A stretch of 64,000 nucleotides of DNA from the NCBI GenBank assembly GCA_020697715.1, contig JAEHCO010000003.1, forward strand, positions 32,001 through 96,000. Reading direction: 5' to 3'. The stretch is from Methanobacteriota archaeon (GTDB taxonomy: Archaea; Thermoplasmatota; Thermoplasmata; SG8-5; JAGLSY01). A model generated the notes under the pieces. The model saw only the letters and a program-made list of their open reading frames with translations. It searched no databases and was not told where the DNA came from. The position numbers and the translations under genes were made by a program. Below, piece by piece: positions 36,962 through 46,582 of the stretch; positions within the stretch are counted from its first letter, which is position 1, and every line of letters begins with the position of its first letter.

Positions 36962-38854
36962 ATGGATCAGGACGCCATTGGGCTTCTAGAAAGCCACTTG
37001 GATGATAAGAACTTCAAGAAACTGATAGCCATAGATAATCCGCGGGTTCATGATTTTGTAGCGAACTATATCGATATATGCAGGCCGGCAAGTGTTTTTG
37101 TCTGCACTGATGAAAAAAAGGATATTGATTATATCAGGAAATCAGCATGGCGCAATAGGGAGGAAGCCCCGCTTTCCATGCCGAACCACACAATTCATTT
37201 TGATAATTATAAGGATCAGGCCAGGGACAAGGATAATACCAAATTCCTGCTGCCCGAATCATATAATATCGGCCCAGAGATCAATGCCATGAACAGAGAA
37301 AGGGGATTGAAAGAAGTTCACAAGATCCTGCACAGGATGATGAAGGGCAGGGAGATGTATGTTCGATTCTTCAGCCTGGGTCCGACCAATTCGCCTTTCA
37401 CAATACCATGTCTTCAATTAACTGACTCCGCATATGTGGCACATTCCGAGGATATCCTTTACAGGCAGGCATATGATGAATTCGTCAAGAATGGAAAGAA
37501 CAGAGAGATATTCAGATTCGTTCATTCACAGGGTAGGCTTCAGGAAGCTGGCCTGGATCTCATGGTCAGCCGTGATCTGAAGAAAAGAAGGGTATATATC
37601 GACCTGATGGAAAATACCATATTCAGTACCAATACGCAGTATGCGGGCAATACGGTCGGTATGAAGAAACTGGCTCTGAGGTTGGCAATAAACAAGGCAT
37701 CCAAGGAAGGCTGGCTGGCCGAGCACATGTTGTTGATGGGTGTCGGTGATACTCAAGAAAAAATGACCTACTTCGCGGGCGCATTCCCATCTGCCTGCGG
37801 AAAGACATCCACTGCCACTCTCGCGGGAGATACGATAGTGGGTGATGATATCGCATTGCTCAGGAAGATCAATGGTTCCATAATGGGAGTGAATATGGAA
37901 CGTGGTATATTCGGCATATTGCCTGGTATCAATGCATCAGATGATAAGTCTCAATGGAATGCTCTGAACTCGGATGCGGAGATCATATTCTCCAATATAC
38001 TGGTCACGGACAAGAATGAGCCGTACTGGGATGGCAAAAGTGATACATGGCCAAGCAAGGGCATTAACCATTCTGGCGACTGGTTCGATGGTAAGCTGGA
38101 TGATATGGGAAGAAAGATACCTCCAGCTCATAAGAATGCCAGGTTCTGCATGGCACTCGAGAACATGGAGAATGTGGATCCCAATCTCCACAATCCTGAT
38201 GGTGTCAAGGTCAGTGGGATCATATATGGCGGAAGGGACTCGGATACTTTCGTTCCAGTGGAGGAGGCTTTTGATTGGATTCATGGTGTTATTACAAAGG
38301 CCGCGGCACTGGAATCCGAGACCACGGCAGCCACTCTGGGCAAGCGAGGTGTCAGGAAGTTCAATCCAATGTCCAATATTGATTTTCTATCAGTTCCAAT
38401 TGGAACCTACATTAAGAATCACATTGACTTCGCCAAGGATATGCCAGACGCACCTCGCATATTCTCCGTGAACTATTTCCTCAAGGACATGAGCGGTAAA
38501 TATCTCAATCACAAGAGCGACAAGAAGATATGGGTTCGCTGGATGGACAAGAGGGTGAACAATGAGGTAAAGGCTATCAGGACACCGACTGGCCTTATTC
38601 CATACTATGATGATCTTGTTCCTATATTTGAGAATTTCTTCCCCGACATAACATACACGGAGGATGAGTATATCAACCAGTTCACTGTTCGAATACCACA
38701 GCATCTTGCCAAAATAAAGCGAACATTGAAGATGTACGCGGCCAGGATCCTCTACACTCCAGAAGAATTGTTTGATGTTCTGGAGGATCAGAAGGAAAGA
38801 CTTGAGGATGCGCGAGACCGATATGGGAATTATGTTTCGCCATTCAAATTTTGA
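36962..38854 (+). CDS. pckG: phosphoenolpyruvate carboxykinase (GTP)
   Basis: YAGNTVGMKKLALR, WLAEHM, GAFPSACGKT, VGDDIA, H.NARF and IIYGGR motifs. Confidence 0.93.
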   Translation: MDQDAIGLLESHLDDKNFKKLIAIDNPRVHDFVANYIDICRPASVFVCTDEKKDIDYIRKSAWRNREEAPLSMPNHTIHFDNYKDQARDKDNTKFLLPESYNIGPEINAMNRERGLKEVHKILHRMMKGREMYVRFFSLGPTNSPFTIPCLQLTDSAYVAHSEDILYRQAYDEFVKNGKNREIFRFVHSQGRLQEAGLDLMVSRDLKKRRVYIDLMENTIFSTNTQYAGNTVGMKKLALRLAINKASKEGWLAEHMLLMGVGDTQEKMTYFAGAFPSACGKTSTATLAGDTIVGDDIALLRKINGSIMGVNMERGIFGILPGINASDDKSQWNALNSDAEIIFSNILVTDKNEPYWDGKSDTWPSKGINHSGDWFDGKLDDMGRKIPPAHKNARFCMALENMENVDPNLHNPDGVKVSGIIYGGRDSDTFVPVEEAFDWIHGVITKAAALESETTAATLGKRGVRKFNPMSNIDFLSVPIGTYIKNHIDFAKDMPDAPRIFSVNYFLKDMSGKYLNHKSDKKIWVRWMDKRVNNEVKAIRTPTGLIPYYDDLVPIFENFFPDITYTEDEYINQFTVRIPQHLAKIKRTLKMYAARILYTPEELFDVLEDQKERLEDARDRYGNYVSPFKF

Positions 38855-38863
38855 TGATGTTTT

Positions 38864-39184
38864 TTATTTATCAACATTATCATGAACATTATCATTCAGA
38901 TCGTTCTGGTCTCCTTTACATGAGTTGCCAGTATTCTGTTCCCCTAATGTGATGATATTCATCATATCGTTTCCGTCGCCTGCTTTTCCACCATCATTTA
39001 GGTATGTCAATATCCCGATTATGAAAAGAAAGGCTCCCAATGCGGTGACCATGGGGCCGAGGTTTGTACTTGTCCAGTATATGTCCCTTATGATATCTGG
39101 ATAAACCGCACCCAATGTCAATGTCCCGACACCCGCTAATATGGTGCATACACCTATGACCTTATTTATCGACATGCCTGTCAT
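38864..39184 (-). CDS. small membrane protein (2 TM)
   Basis: Two hydrophobic helices and a polar tail. Confidence 0.5.
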   Translation of the reverse strand: MTGMSINKVIGVCTILAGVGTLTLGAVYPDIIRDIYWTSTNLGPMVTALGAFLFIIGILTYLNDGGKAGDGNDMMNIITLGEQNTGNSCKGDQNDLNDNVHDNVDK

Positions 39185-39255
39185 ATACCATGACCTTCAG
39201 TATAATGGATATAGAAATCTCATATAAGGAATTAGCCTGAATTGATGAAGCTTAA

Positions 39256-39921
39256 CTAGTCTGCGGCGAACAGCTCGATCTCTATCTCCTCGAGCTTTTC
39301 ATCTTTCTTTTCTTTCTTCTCGCCTTCCTCTTCTTCATCATCTGGCTTATCTTCTTCGGCTTCCGATGCCTCAAGGGCGAATGTGATGCCATCTCCGACA
39401 TCGACCTCTTCCTCGACACTGGCTTCCTCGACCGGAGCCTCTTCTTGAGATGGCTCCGCTGGTGCTATTGGTGGTGGTGGTGGAGGTGCTGGCTCTGTTA
39501 CTTGAGGTTCAATCGGAGCAACAGGTTCGACTGGCTCGGCCAATGCTTCTTCCATTGGCGACTCTGGTTCGGCCAGGGCGGTCTCTTGTGGAGCAACTGC
39601 TTCGATAGGCGCGGGTTCGACCGGTGTTATTGCTTCCACTGGTGCTGGCTCCATGGGTGATTCCGGTTCTATTGGTTCGATCGGAGCAACAGGCTTTACT
39701 GGTACTGGCTCTTCAGTGACCTTTATCTTAATGGCCTCTGGCTCCTCAGCTGCCACGACCCCACCAGGCTTTACAGGCTTCACTTTTTTAGGAGCCATTT
39801 TCTGTGGTTCTGGCCTTCTATGACCCTCCTTCTTTTTCTTCTTTCTTGAAAAGAACCCTGAAATTACTATCAATATCAAACCATCTGGCACGATCTTTGT
39901 TTCCTTCCTATCATGAACCAT
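39256..39921 (-). CDS. low-complexity hypothetical protein (basic N-terminus, Pro/Glu-rich repeats, acidic C-terminus)
   Basis: GGGGTGA RBS; repeated PVAPIEP and EPESPME units. Confidence 0.65.
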   Translation of the reverse strand: MVHDRKETKIVPDGLILIVISGFFSRKKKKKEGHRRPEPQKMAPKKVKPVKPGGVVAAEEPEAIKIKVTEEPVPVKPVAPIEPIEPESPMEPAPVEAITPVEPAPIEAVAPQETALAEPESPMEEALAEPVEPVAPIEPQVTEPAPPPPPPIAPAEPSQEEAPVEEASVEEEVDVGDGITFALEASEAEEDKPDDEEEEGEKKEKKDEKLEEIEIELFAAD

Positions 39922-40002
39922 TTACTTCACCCCGTTGCCTAACTCTAAAGGATAGAAATGCGATAAAGATAAATAAATATATCTTCGCGCTTCCCATGCC
40001 TA

Positions 40003-40239
40003 ATGAGAGCGGAGATCACACTATCTAAAATACCTGATCCAAAAGCACTGGCAAGCTGTCTTAGCCCGGAGGTCACCGAAGACCTGGCCAAGACAAGCAT
40101 GGAAGTGGAGATCGGTATTGACAGCCTAAAGATTAAAATAGCTGCTGAAGATGTGAGCTCTCTAAGAGCCGCCTTGAATTCTTACTTGAGGTGGCTGAGG
40201 ATCGCAACAGATACCAATGAAGTCATTACCCAACTTTGA
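40003..40239 (+). CDS. pcc1: KEOPS complex subunit Pcc1
   Basis: LSPE...I.AEDVSSLRAALNSYLRWL signature; precedes prefoldin beta. Confidence 0.88.
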   Translation: MRAEITLSKIPDPKALASCLSPEVTEDLAKTSMEVEIGIDSLKIKIAAEDVSSLRAALNSYLRWLRIATDTNEVITQL

Positions 40240-40302
40240 CATTCCCGAGTTTGGTTCAAACAAACTCGGGGATCGATATGTGGGCGAATGTCAACTTTGG
40301 GT
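40228..40302. other. nested hairpin between pcc1 and pfdB
   Basis: ACCCAA-CT-TTGACATTC-[CCGAGTTTG-7-CAAACTCGG]-16-GAATGTCAA-CT-TTGGGT. Confidence 0.65.
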
Positions 40303-40315
40303 CATAGGAGGGTTG

Positions 40316-40675
40316 ATGATGAATGAGGAAATACAGGGAAAATTATTCCAGTACCAGCAATTACAGCAGCAAGTGCAGATGATAGGCAATCAGAAATACC
40401 AGATGGAAATGCAGGCCGCGGAGCTTGACAAGACACTGGAAGAGCTCAAGGACCTGGAGAAAGGAACTCCAATTTACAAGAGCATAGGAAGCCTATTGGT
40501 CAAGAAGGATGACAAGGACGCATTGGTCACCGAGCTGGAAGAGCAGAAAGAGACCGTGGAGATCCGTGTCAAGAGCCTGGCCAAGCAGGAAAAGACCATG
40601 AAGGAAAGCTTCGATTCCCTTCAGGAAGAACTGACAAAGGCCTTGCAGGGTGGTCAGGAAGCTCCAGAGAACTGA
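40316..40675 (+). CDS. pfdB: prefoldin subunit beta
   Basis: QQLQQQ coiled coil and IYKSIGSLLV hairpin; GGAGG RBS. Confidence 0.93.
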   Translation: MMNEEIQGKLFQYQQLQQQVQMIGNQKYQMEMQAAELDKTLEELKDLEKGTPIYKSIGSLLVKKDDKDALVTELEEQKETVEIRVKSLAKQEKTMKESFDSLQEELTKALQGGQEAPEN

Positions 40676-40731
40676 TGCTATTCATCCATAGGCCAAGTTC
40701 AGCCATGCCAGTAATTATTTGAGGTAAAGCA

Positions 40732-41691
40732 ATGGAAGATATATCCAGGATACTTTCAAGTGGTTCTAATCTGATATTAGTGCATTCCAATGCCGATGCT
40801 GATGCAATTGGCTCCGGGATCGCAATAGCATTATCATTTCCAAATTCATTCTTATACGCGCCTTCAGGAGTGAGCCGCGTTGGGAAGAAACTTTTGAAAG
40901 AATTGAACATGGATATTCTGGATAATGCGGAATTAGAGAATTATGACAATCTCATTGTTGTGGATTGTCATTCAGATGCCATGCTACAACTGCCTGGCTT
41001 CGATTGGGGCCAGGCAGTTGTAATTGACCATCACCCAGGCTCCGAGAACAAGAAATTTCTCGCATCCTTCATCGATGAAAAGACGGTATCCACATGCGAG
41101 ATAGTCTGGTCGCTACTCCGTCATCTTGGGAAAGATAAGGAAATAGAGGATGGAATTGCCCTCGCACTTCTAACTGGAATGATCGGTGATTCCGGCAATT
41201 TCCACCACGCGAGCCCGACCACATTGAATTATGCAGGCCAAGTATTAGAAGCCTCTAATATCAGCATGGAGAAGGCCTTTTCAATGTTCCACATGGAAGC
41301 TGGAGATGAGGTGTCCCAGCGTGTGTCCAAATTAAAGGGGGGCCAGCGCTTGAAGTATCTCAGAAAAGGAACTTGGGTCGTGGCCTCGAGCCAGGTAAGT
41401 TCCTTTGAATCAAATGTCGCCCGTGGCCTCATAAACCTGGGAGCCGATGTGAGCTTTGTCGCCTCGCAGGAGAAGTTGAAATATCGAATCACTGCCAGGG
41501 CGAATCGCCGAGCCCTGGACATCGGTATCCACCTGGGGCATTTTCTCAGGGATATTGCGGAAGAGATCGGGGCTGAGAGTGGTGGCCATGATGGCGCAGC
41601 TGGCCTGACAGGCTCTGGCGAATCAGAGGCCATATTGAACATATGCTCGGAAAAAGCACTGGCTTACCTTGTTAAGAAGGATGGTGGCTGA
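40732..41691 (+). CDS. DHH-family phosphoesterase with DHHA1 domain
   Basis: HSNADADAIGS, VVDC, IDHH, D.GNF and GGHDGAAG motifs. Confidence 0.9.
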   Translation: MEDISRILSSGSNLILVHSNADADAIGSGIAIALSFPNSFLYAPSGVSRVGKKLLKELNMDILDNAELENYDNLIVVDCHSDAMLQLPGFDWGQAVVIDHHPGSENKKFLASFIDEKTVSTCEIVWSLLRHLGKDKEIEDGIALALLTGMIGDSGNFHHASPTTLNYAGQVLEASNISMEKAFSMFHMEAGDEVSQRVSKLKGGQRLKYLRKGTWVVASSQVSSFESNVARGLINLGADVSFVASQEKLKYRITARANRRALDIGIHLGHFLRDIAEEIGAESGGHDGAAGLTGSGESEAILNICSEKALAYLVKKDGG

Positions 41692-41776
41692 TAATGAAGA
41701 GCCATCACGATATATTATATTTAATAACAATTAAGTTATTATACAATCCCACGATTGACGACGAAGGAGATTCAAT

Positions 41777-42454
41777 ATGAGCGAAGGTACACCATCGGCA
41801 GGTTTGTCCCCAACACCAGCACCACAATCCAGTGGTCAGATGATGATGTTCATGATGATGTTCATGACCATGTTCATAATGTTCATTCCATCCATGCGTA
41901 ATGCAGTTGGAGAGATCGCCAAAGTGTTATTGGATCCAGTTATTGGTTTTGATTATAAATTCCCTATCATGACACTCTTCATGGCGGGCTTCATGATGGT
42001 CATAATGTCCACAGGGATAAGACATTATTTCATCGACTGGATAGAGGCCGCGCGCAATCAATCCGTCATGAGGGATTTCAATAAGGAACTTAGGGAAGCC
42101 AGAATGGCCCAGAATGAGAAAAAGACCGCTGTCCTTCTCAAAAAACAGCCCGAGATAATGCAGATGAACATGCAATCCTCAATGGCTCAGATGAAACCAA
42201 TGGCCTTCACGATGATATTCATAATTGGTACTTTCACATACCTGGGAGTTTTTGTCCATGGCCTTCCAAGTACCATGTTCTCCATCCCATGGCATTATAA
42301 TTCCAATTTCGCGACCTCTCCAATTTGCGCCTTCGAGAACTGGATATTCGTCTACATGCTTGTATCCATGTCATTCGGACAGGTACTTCAGAGGGTTCTC
42401 AAGCACATCACATTTTCCAATAGACTAAAAGAATTGGACGTGGTCGGTGAATGA
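41777..42454 (+). CDS. DUF106 / EMC3-TMCO1 (Oxa1 superfamily) membrane protein
   Basis: TM, coiled coil, QMKPM.FT, then W..Y...S.SFGQ..R; adjacent to cmk. Confidence 0.85.
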   Translation: MSEGTPSAGLSPTPAPQSSGQMMMFMMMFMTMFIMFIPSMRNAVGEIAKVLLDPVIGFDYKFPIMTLFMAGFMMVIMSTGIRHYFIDWIEAARNQSVMRDFNKELREARMAQNEKKTAVLLKKQPEIMQMNMQSSMAQMKPMAFTMIFIIGTFTYLGVFVHGLPSTMFSIPWHYNSNFATSPICAFENWIFVYMLVSMSFGQVLQRVLKHITFSNRLKELDVVGE

Positions 42455-42972
42455 TCATCACCATCAGCGGCCCTCCAGGAAGTGGCAAGACGACTGTCGC
42501 CAGGCTTCTGGCAGAACAATTGGGTCATGACCTTGTCACAACAGGTATCATATTCAGAGAAATGGCAGCAGCAAGGGATATGAACCTTGCTGATTTTGGA
42601 GCATTGGCCCTTGAGGATCCCGAGATAGATAAGGAATTGGATAGACGTGTTCTCACATACGCCGAAGGCAATGTCATAATCGAGGGAAGATTGGCTGGCC
42701 ACATGCTTCATCTCAATGGGAAAAAAGCTCTTAAAGTTTGGATCGACGCATCCATCCAGATACGCAGCCAGAGAATTGCTGGTCGCGAATCAAAAGATGT
42801 GGACGTGGTCATGAAAGAGACCATCGAGAGAGCGGAATGCGAGCATGAGAGATACATGAATGTCTATGGCATAGATTCCTATGATCTGGCAGTTTATGAT
42901 CTTGTCGTACATTCTGACGATCAGACACCTGAAGAGATCGTGAATACCATCGTGGAGGAATTAAATGACTAA
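42451..42972 (+). CDS. cmk: cytidylate kinase (archaeal type)
   Basis: ITISGPPGSGKTT, FREMA, EGRLAG and RY..YGID motifs. Confidence 0.93.
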   Translation: MIITISGPPGSGKTTVARLLAEQLGHDLVTTGIIFREMAAARDMNLADFGALALEDPEIDKELDRRVLTYAEGNVIIEGRLAGHMLHLNGKKALKVWIDASIQIRSQRIAGRESKDVDVVMKETIERAECEHERYMNVYGIDSYDLAVYDLVVHSDDQTPEEIVNTIVEELND

Positions 42973-43939
42973 TGATGAATTGACGATATCCGCCACTACC
43001 CTATCTGCCAGTGCCCATGGCACTGAGCCAGAGCAAAGGGAGCTTGAGCATTATCTGCGCCTTGGAATGGTATTGATAGATAAACCAAGAGGGCCGACAT
43101 CCCATCAGGTATCTGCCTGGGTAAAGGGCATCGCGGGGCTGAAGAAGGCAGGCCATTCGGGAACATTGGACCCGAATGTCAGTGGAGTTCTTCCCATAGT
43201 GTTTGGGGATGCGACCAGGGCTCTGGACGTTCTGTTAGAGGGCACGAAGGAATATGTGGCCGTTCTCAGACTTCATGGTAATTCTCAGAAGGATCGAATC
43301 GAGAAGGTCTGCAAACAATTCATCGGAGATATCTATCAAACACCTCCTGTCCGCGCGGCTGTCAAACGTGAGCTACGTATCCGAAAGATCCATTCACTGG
43401 ACATCCTTGAAATAGATGGCAGAAATGTCTTGTTCAGGGTCGAATGCGACCCAGGAACCTACATACGTACATTATGCACCGATATAGGTGACATCCTGGG
43501 TGTTGGCGGTCACATGCTGGAGCTTAGAAGGACCCGAAGCGGTCATTTCCACGAATCACAATTATGCCGATTGCACGATCTGAAGGATGCCTTCGAGACA
43601 TACAAAGAAACTGGGGATGAATCCACTATCAGGAAACTGGTCATGCCCATGGAAAAGCTCTTTGACGACCTCCCAAGGATAACGGTCAAGGATTCCGCAG
43701 TGGATGCATTATGTCATGGTGCGAACCTGGCATTGCCCGGAGTTGTCCGGGTGGATGGCAAGGCGAAGAAAGGCGGCCTTGTCGCGATATTCACACAAAA
43801 AGGAGAAGCCATTGGACTTGGAATTGCCAAGAAGAGGTCCAAGGATATGATCAGTGGTGAGAAGGGGGTTGCAGTGGATGTTAAAAGAATATTCATGGAG
43901 CCAGGGACTTACCCCAAACTCTGGAAACGGAAAACTTAA
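42965..43939 (+). CDS. cbf5: H/ACA RNA-guided pseudouridine synthase Cbf5
   Basis: DKPRGPTSHQV, GHSGTLDP, Q.PP.RAAVKR and GTYIRTLC motifs; C-terminal PUA. Confidence 0.95.
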   Translation: MTNDELTISATTLSASAHGTEPEQRELEHYLRLGMVLIDKPRGPTSHQVSAWVKGIAGLKKAGHSGTLDPNVSGVLPIVFGDATRALDVLLEGTKEYVAVLRLHGNSQKDRIEKVCKQFIGDIYQTPPVRAAVKRELRIRKIHSLDILEIDGRNVLFRVECDPGTYIRTLCTDIGDILGVGGHMLELRRTRSGHFHESQLCRLHDLKDAFETYKETGDESTIRKLVMPMEKLFDDLPRITVKDSAVDALCHGANLALPGVVRVDGKAKKGGLVAIFTQKGEAIGLGIAKKRSKDMISGEKGVAVDVKRIFMEPGTYPKLWKRKT

Positions 43940-44011
43940 AAGTTTTCCTTATTCTCGAAACGAAGACCAAGGTCTTCTTATTCTCGGAAACGCAAGACCT
44001 AAAAGTTTTCC
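43921..44011. repeat. three ~30-bp degenerate tandem units carrying small hairpins
   Basis: GAAAC-GGAAAACTT-AA-AAGTTTTCC, TTATTCTCGAAAC-GAAGACC-AA-GGTCTTC, TTATTCTCGGAAAC-GCAAGACCT-AA-AAGTTTTCC. Confidence 0.7.
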
Positions 44012-44019
44012 ACACTCTT

Positions 44020-46512
44020 TTATTCATTTTCAGGCTCAGAGATCTCTGTCTTCTCATCTTCGACTGTATCTTCTATTTTAGTTGGCTTCTTTCGAAGTAC
44101 AATGAAAGCTCCAACTATTGCGATCAGAACAAGTAAGATGATTAGCCAGAGGTAATTGGTTCCGCCATCGTCGCTATCCGATTCATCATCGTCAACAACA
44201 TCATCAACAATATCATCTTCGATTATCCAAATGTCTGGATCAAGTGGTTCTGAATCTATGGAATCCACTACATCATCTCCGTCATCGTCGGTGTCCATCC
44301 AGGATTCTGTGTTGTTGGCATCGCCGTCTGGAGTTCCGTCATTGTCGGTGTCGATGGGCTTATCTGTCTCGTCTGTTGAGTTGGTTCCTAAGAAGTCTTC
44401 CCAGATGTCGAGGAAACCATCGTTGTCATCATCAGTATCTGCATTGTTGCCAATAGTGTCATTATCTGTATCCAATGTTTCTGCATCATCCAGTGGGAAG
44501 GCATCTTCTGAATCTGGAACTCCATCATTGTCGTCATCCGGGTCGGTAATATCAGGCATCCCATCGCCATCAGAGTCCAAGGGGGGCTCTGTGGGGGTAG
44601 CATTTAGTTCAATTGCATTTGCATCCTCATTGCCAATCGAATCCATTGCACGAACAACCACATAATAGGTTTGATTATTAATCAAGCCAGTTACTGTGAA
44701 ATTAAGATTATCAGTTGAGTTAGATGGCTCTGAATAATTCTGAGTTCCAGAGGCTTCTGAAATGTAAATGTTGTAGGTTACTGGATTATTTGGATCCGAA
44801 TTGGAATAATTAGTATCTGGATCAACCGCCTCTAGCCATTCAAGATAGAGCTTCCCATCTTCAGCCACATTCTCTATTTTCTGAATACCTGAGAATATAG
44901 GGGGTGTGATGTCCAATGGGGTAGTTGGGATTGCACTTTTGACGATCGTATTATTATCCTCATTGCCTCTTGAATCCTCGGCTCGAACTACAAAGAAATA
45001 TTCCAGGCCATTCTCAAGGCCTGTAATATTTATTTCATTTGATTGTGTGGTGTAGTCCGGTGTTGAAAAATCAAAGTCGGTCGTATTGGTGGATTGGTAG
45101 ATATTATATGTAATAGGAGATGAAGGATCGAATGTCAAGTTCCAAGATAAGGTAGCATCGCCTGAATTAGCTTTGCCAATTGCATTGTTTAGTCCTGAAA
45201 AGGTTGGTGACATAGAATCGTAATCTCGGATGACAATATCGAAGTCTGTACCATCGGCTAGTGTGGAATCATTTGTGTGCCAGGAGATATACAGTTTCCC
45301 ATTATATACCTGTAAACATGGCAAATCATCAGTTCCATTTAATGAATCCCCAGAAATGTTTCCATATTCGCTCCAACTGGATCCATTATAATTGATTAGG
45401 GCAATGTTACTGTTCGCAGGCGTTGTTGCCTGTACTTCATGTACGATGTATACATCATAATTATATTCAACAATTAATGGCTGATAAAACCATGCTCCAT
45501 TAGAATAACTGCATACTGTAATATTACTCCATTCCAAGCCATCATATGTTCTCAAGCATATTCCATCATTATTTCTCCAAATTATCCACAGTTGGTTATT
45601 ATGTACAATAGCATCTGGACTTGTATCATGATAAAATAATTCATCAGAGGTATTACTTATTTCAACAGTATTACTCCAAGAAAATCCATCATAAAACCTA
45701 TAGACAATATCTCCATCAATTCCATTACTTATTGACGTATCGTACGTATTCCAAATTGCATAGAGCCTATTATTAAAAACTTCAAGAGTGGGGAATCGAT
45801 CACTTTCAGTATTTGATGATAGCGTTAATTCTTCAATGCTCCCCCAGGTTACTTCATCGTATTTTCTGTAAACGATGTCTGAATCCGTTCCTGTACTGAT
45901 AGAGTCTGCTTCCGTCTGCCATATAACAAACAAACTGCCATCAAAGACCTCCATTTGCGGAAGGAAGTCAAACATAGTCGGTCCTGTATCATCAGGGTAT
46001 GTAACTTCAGATATGTTAGACCAATTACCACCATCAAAGCTCCTTATCACAACATCCCAATCAGTGCCATTAGCTATGCCTGGGTCGTTTGAAATCCATG
46101 TCACATAAAGTTTGTTATTGAACACAATTGCATAAGGTGAGCTATCATTTTTTGTATCTGATGTGTAAGTTATTTCACAGATGCCAGACCAGGAATTACC
46201 ATCATAGGTTCGGTAAACAATATCCCAATCAGAGCCCGTTGAGAATTCATCACCCCAAGTTGCCCAGATTACATATAATTCCGAATCAAATTCGACCATT
46301 GTTGGATAATTATCTTTCTCGTTCCCACCAGGATAAGAAAGCTCTGTGATATTTCCCCACTTTTCTAGATTGGTAATGGATGCCACCGAAGGCTCTGGAA
46401 TCGAGTTTACAATATCAATTTCATTATCTTCTCCGTCAATACTTGCGAAACTTGAAAGTAAGCTGGCTGATATTATGATTGTTGAAATCCATATTGTGAG
46501 AATATGTTTCAT
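44020..46512 (-). CDS. surface protein: signal peptide, BNR-like repeats, two FN3 domains, thrombospondin type-3-like repeats, C-terminal TM anchor
   Basis: Repeated P.....N.LY..W...D.DIV.R.YDG..WS units; TYNIY...Y.VVRA.DS.GNE (FN3); D.DGDG.PD repeats; TM plus RKK. Confidence 0.8.
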   Translation of the reverse strand: MKHILTIWISTIIISASLLSSFASIDGEDNEIDIVNSIPEPSVASITNLEKWGNITELSYPGGNEKDNYPTMVEFDSELYVIWATWGDEFSTGSDWDIVYRTYDGNSWSGICEITYTSDTKNDSSPYAIVFNNKLYVTWISNDPGIANGTDWDVVIRSFDGGNWSNISEVTYPDDTGPTMFDFLPQMEVFDGSLFVIWQTEADSISTGTDSDIVYRKYDEVTWGSIEELTLSSNTESDRFPTLEVFNNRLYAIWNTYDTSISNGIDGDIVYRFYDGFSWSNTVEISNTSDELFYHDTSPDAIVHNNQLWIIWRNNDGICLRTYDGLEWSNITVCSYSNGAWFYQPLIVEYNYDVYIVHEVQATTPANSNIALINYNGSSWSEYGNISGDSLNGTDDLPCLQVYNGKLYISWHTNDSTLADGTDFDIVIRDYDSMSPTFSGLNNAIGKANSGDATLSWNLTFDPSSPITYNIYQSTNTTDFDFSTPDYTTQSNEINITGLENGLEYFFVVRAEDSRGNEDNNTIVKSAIPTTPLDITPPIFSGIQKIENVAEDGKLYLEWLEAVDPDTNYSNSDPNNPVTYNIYISEASGTQNYSEPSNSTDNLNFTVTGLINNQTYYVVVRAMDSIGNEDANAIELNATPTEPPLDSDGDGMPDITDPDDDNDGVPDSEDAFPLDDAETLDTDNDTIGNNADTDDDNDGFLDIWEDFLGTNSTDETDKPIDTDNDGTPDGDANNTESWMDTDDDGDDVVDSIDSEPLDPDIWIIEDDIVDDVVDDDESDSDDGGTNYLWLIILLVLIAIVGAFIVLRKKPTKIEDTVEDEKTEISEPENE

Positions 46513-46582
46513 TATTTTTCTTCCACCTAATGTAAATCTAAATGGGGTGGTGGTATTTTACAGTTTGGGAATTAATTAATAA

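Noticed and set aside
41777-43939. DUF106-cmk-cbf5 without intervening ribosomal protein genes as a novelty
   Set aside because: This is a conserved archaeal neighbourhood, and lineage-specific loss or relocation of those genes is already known
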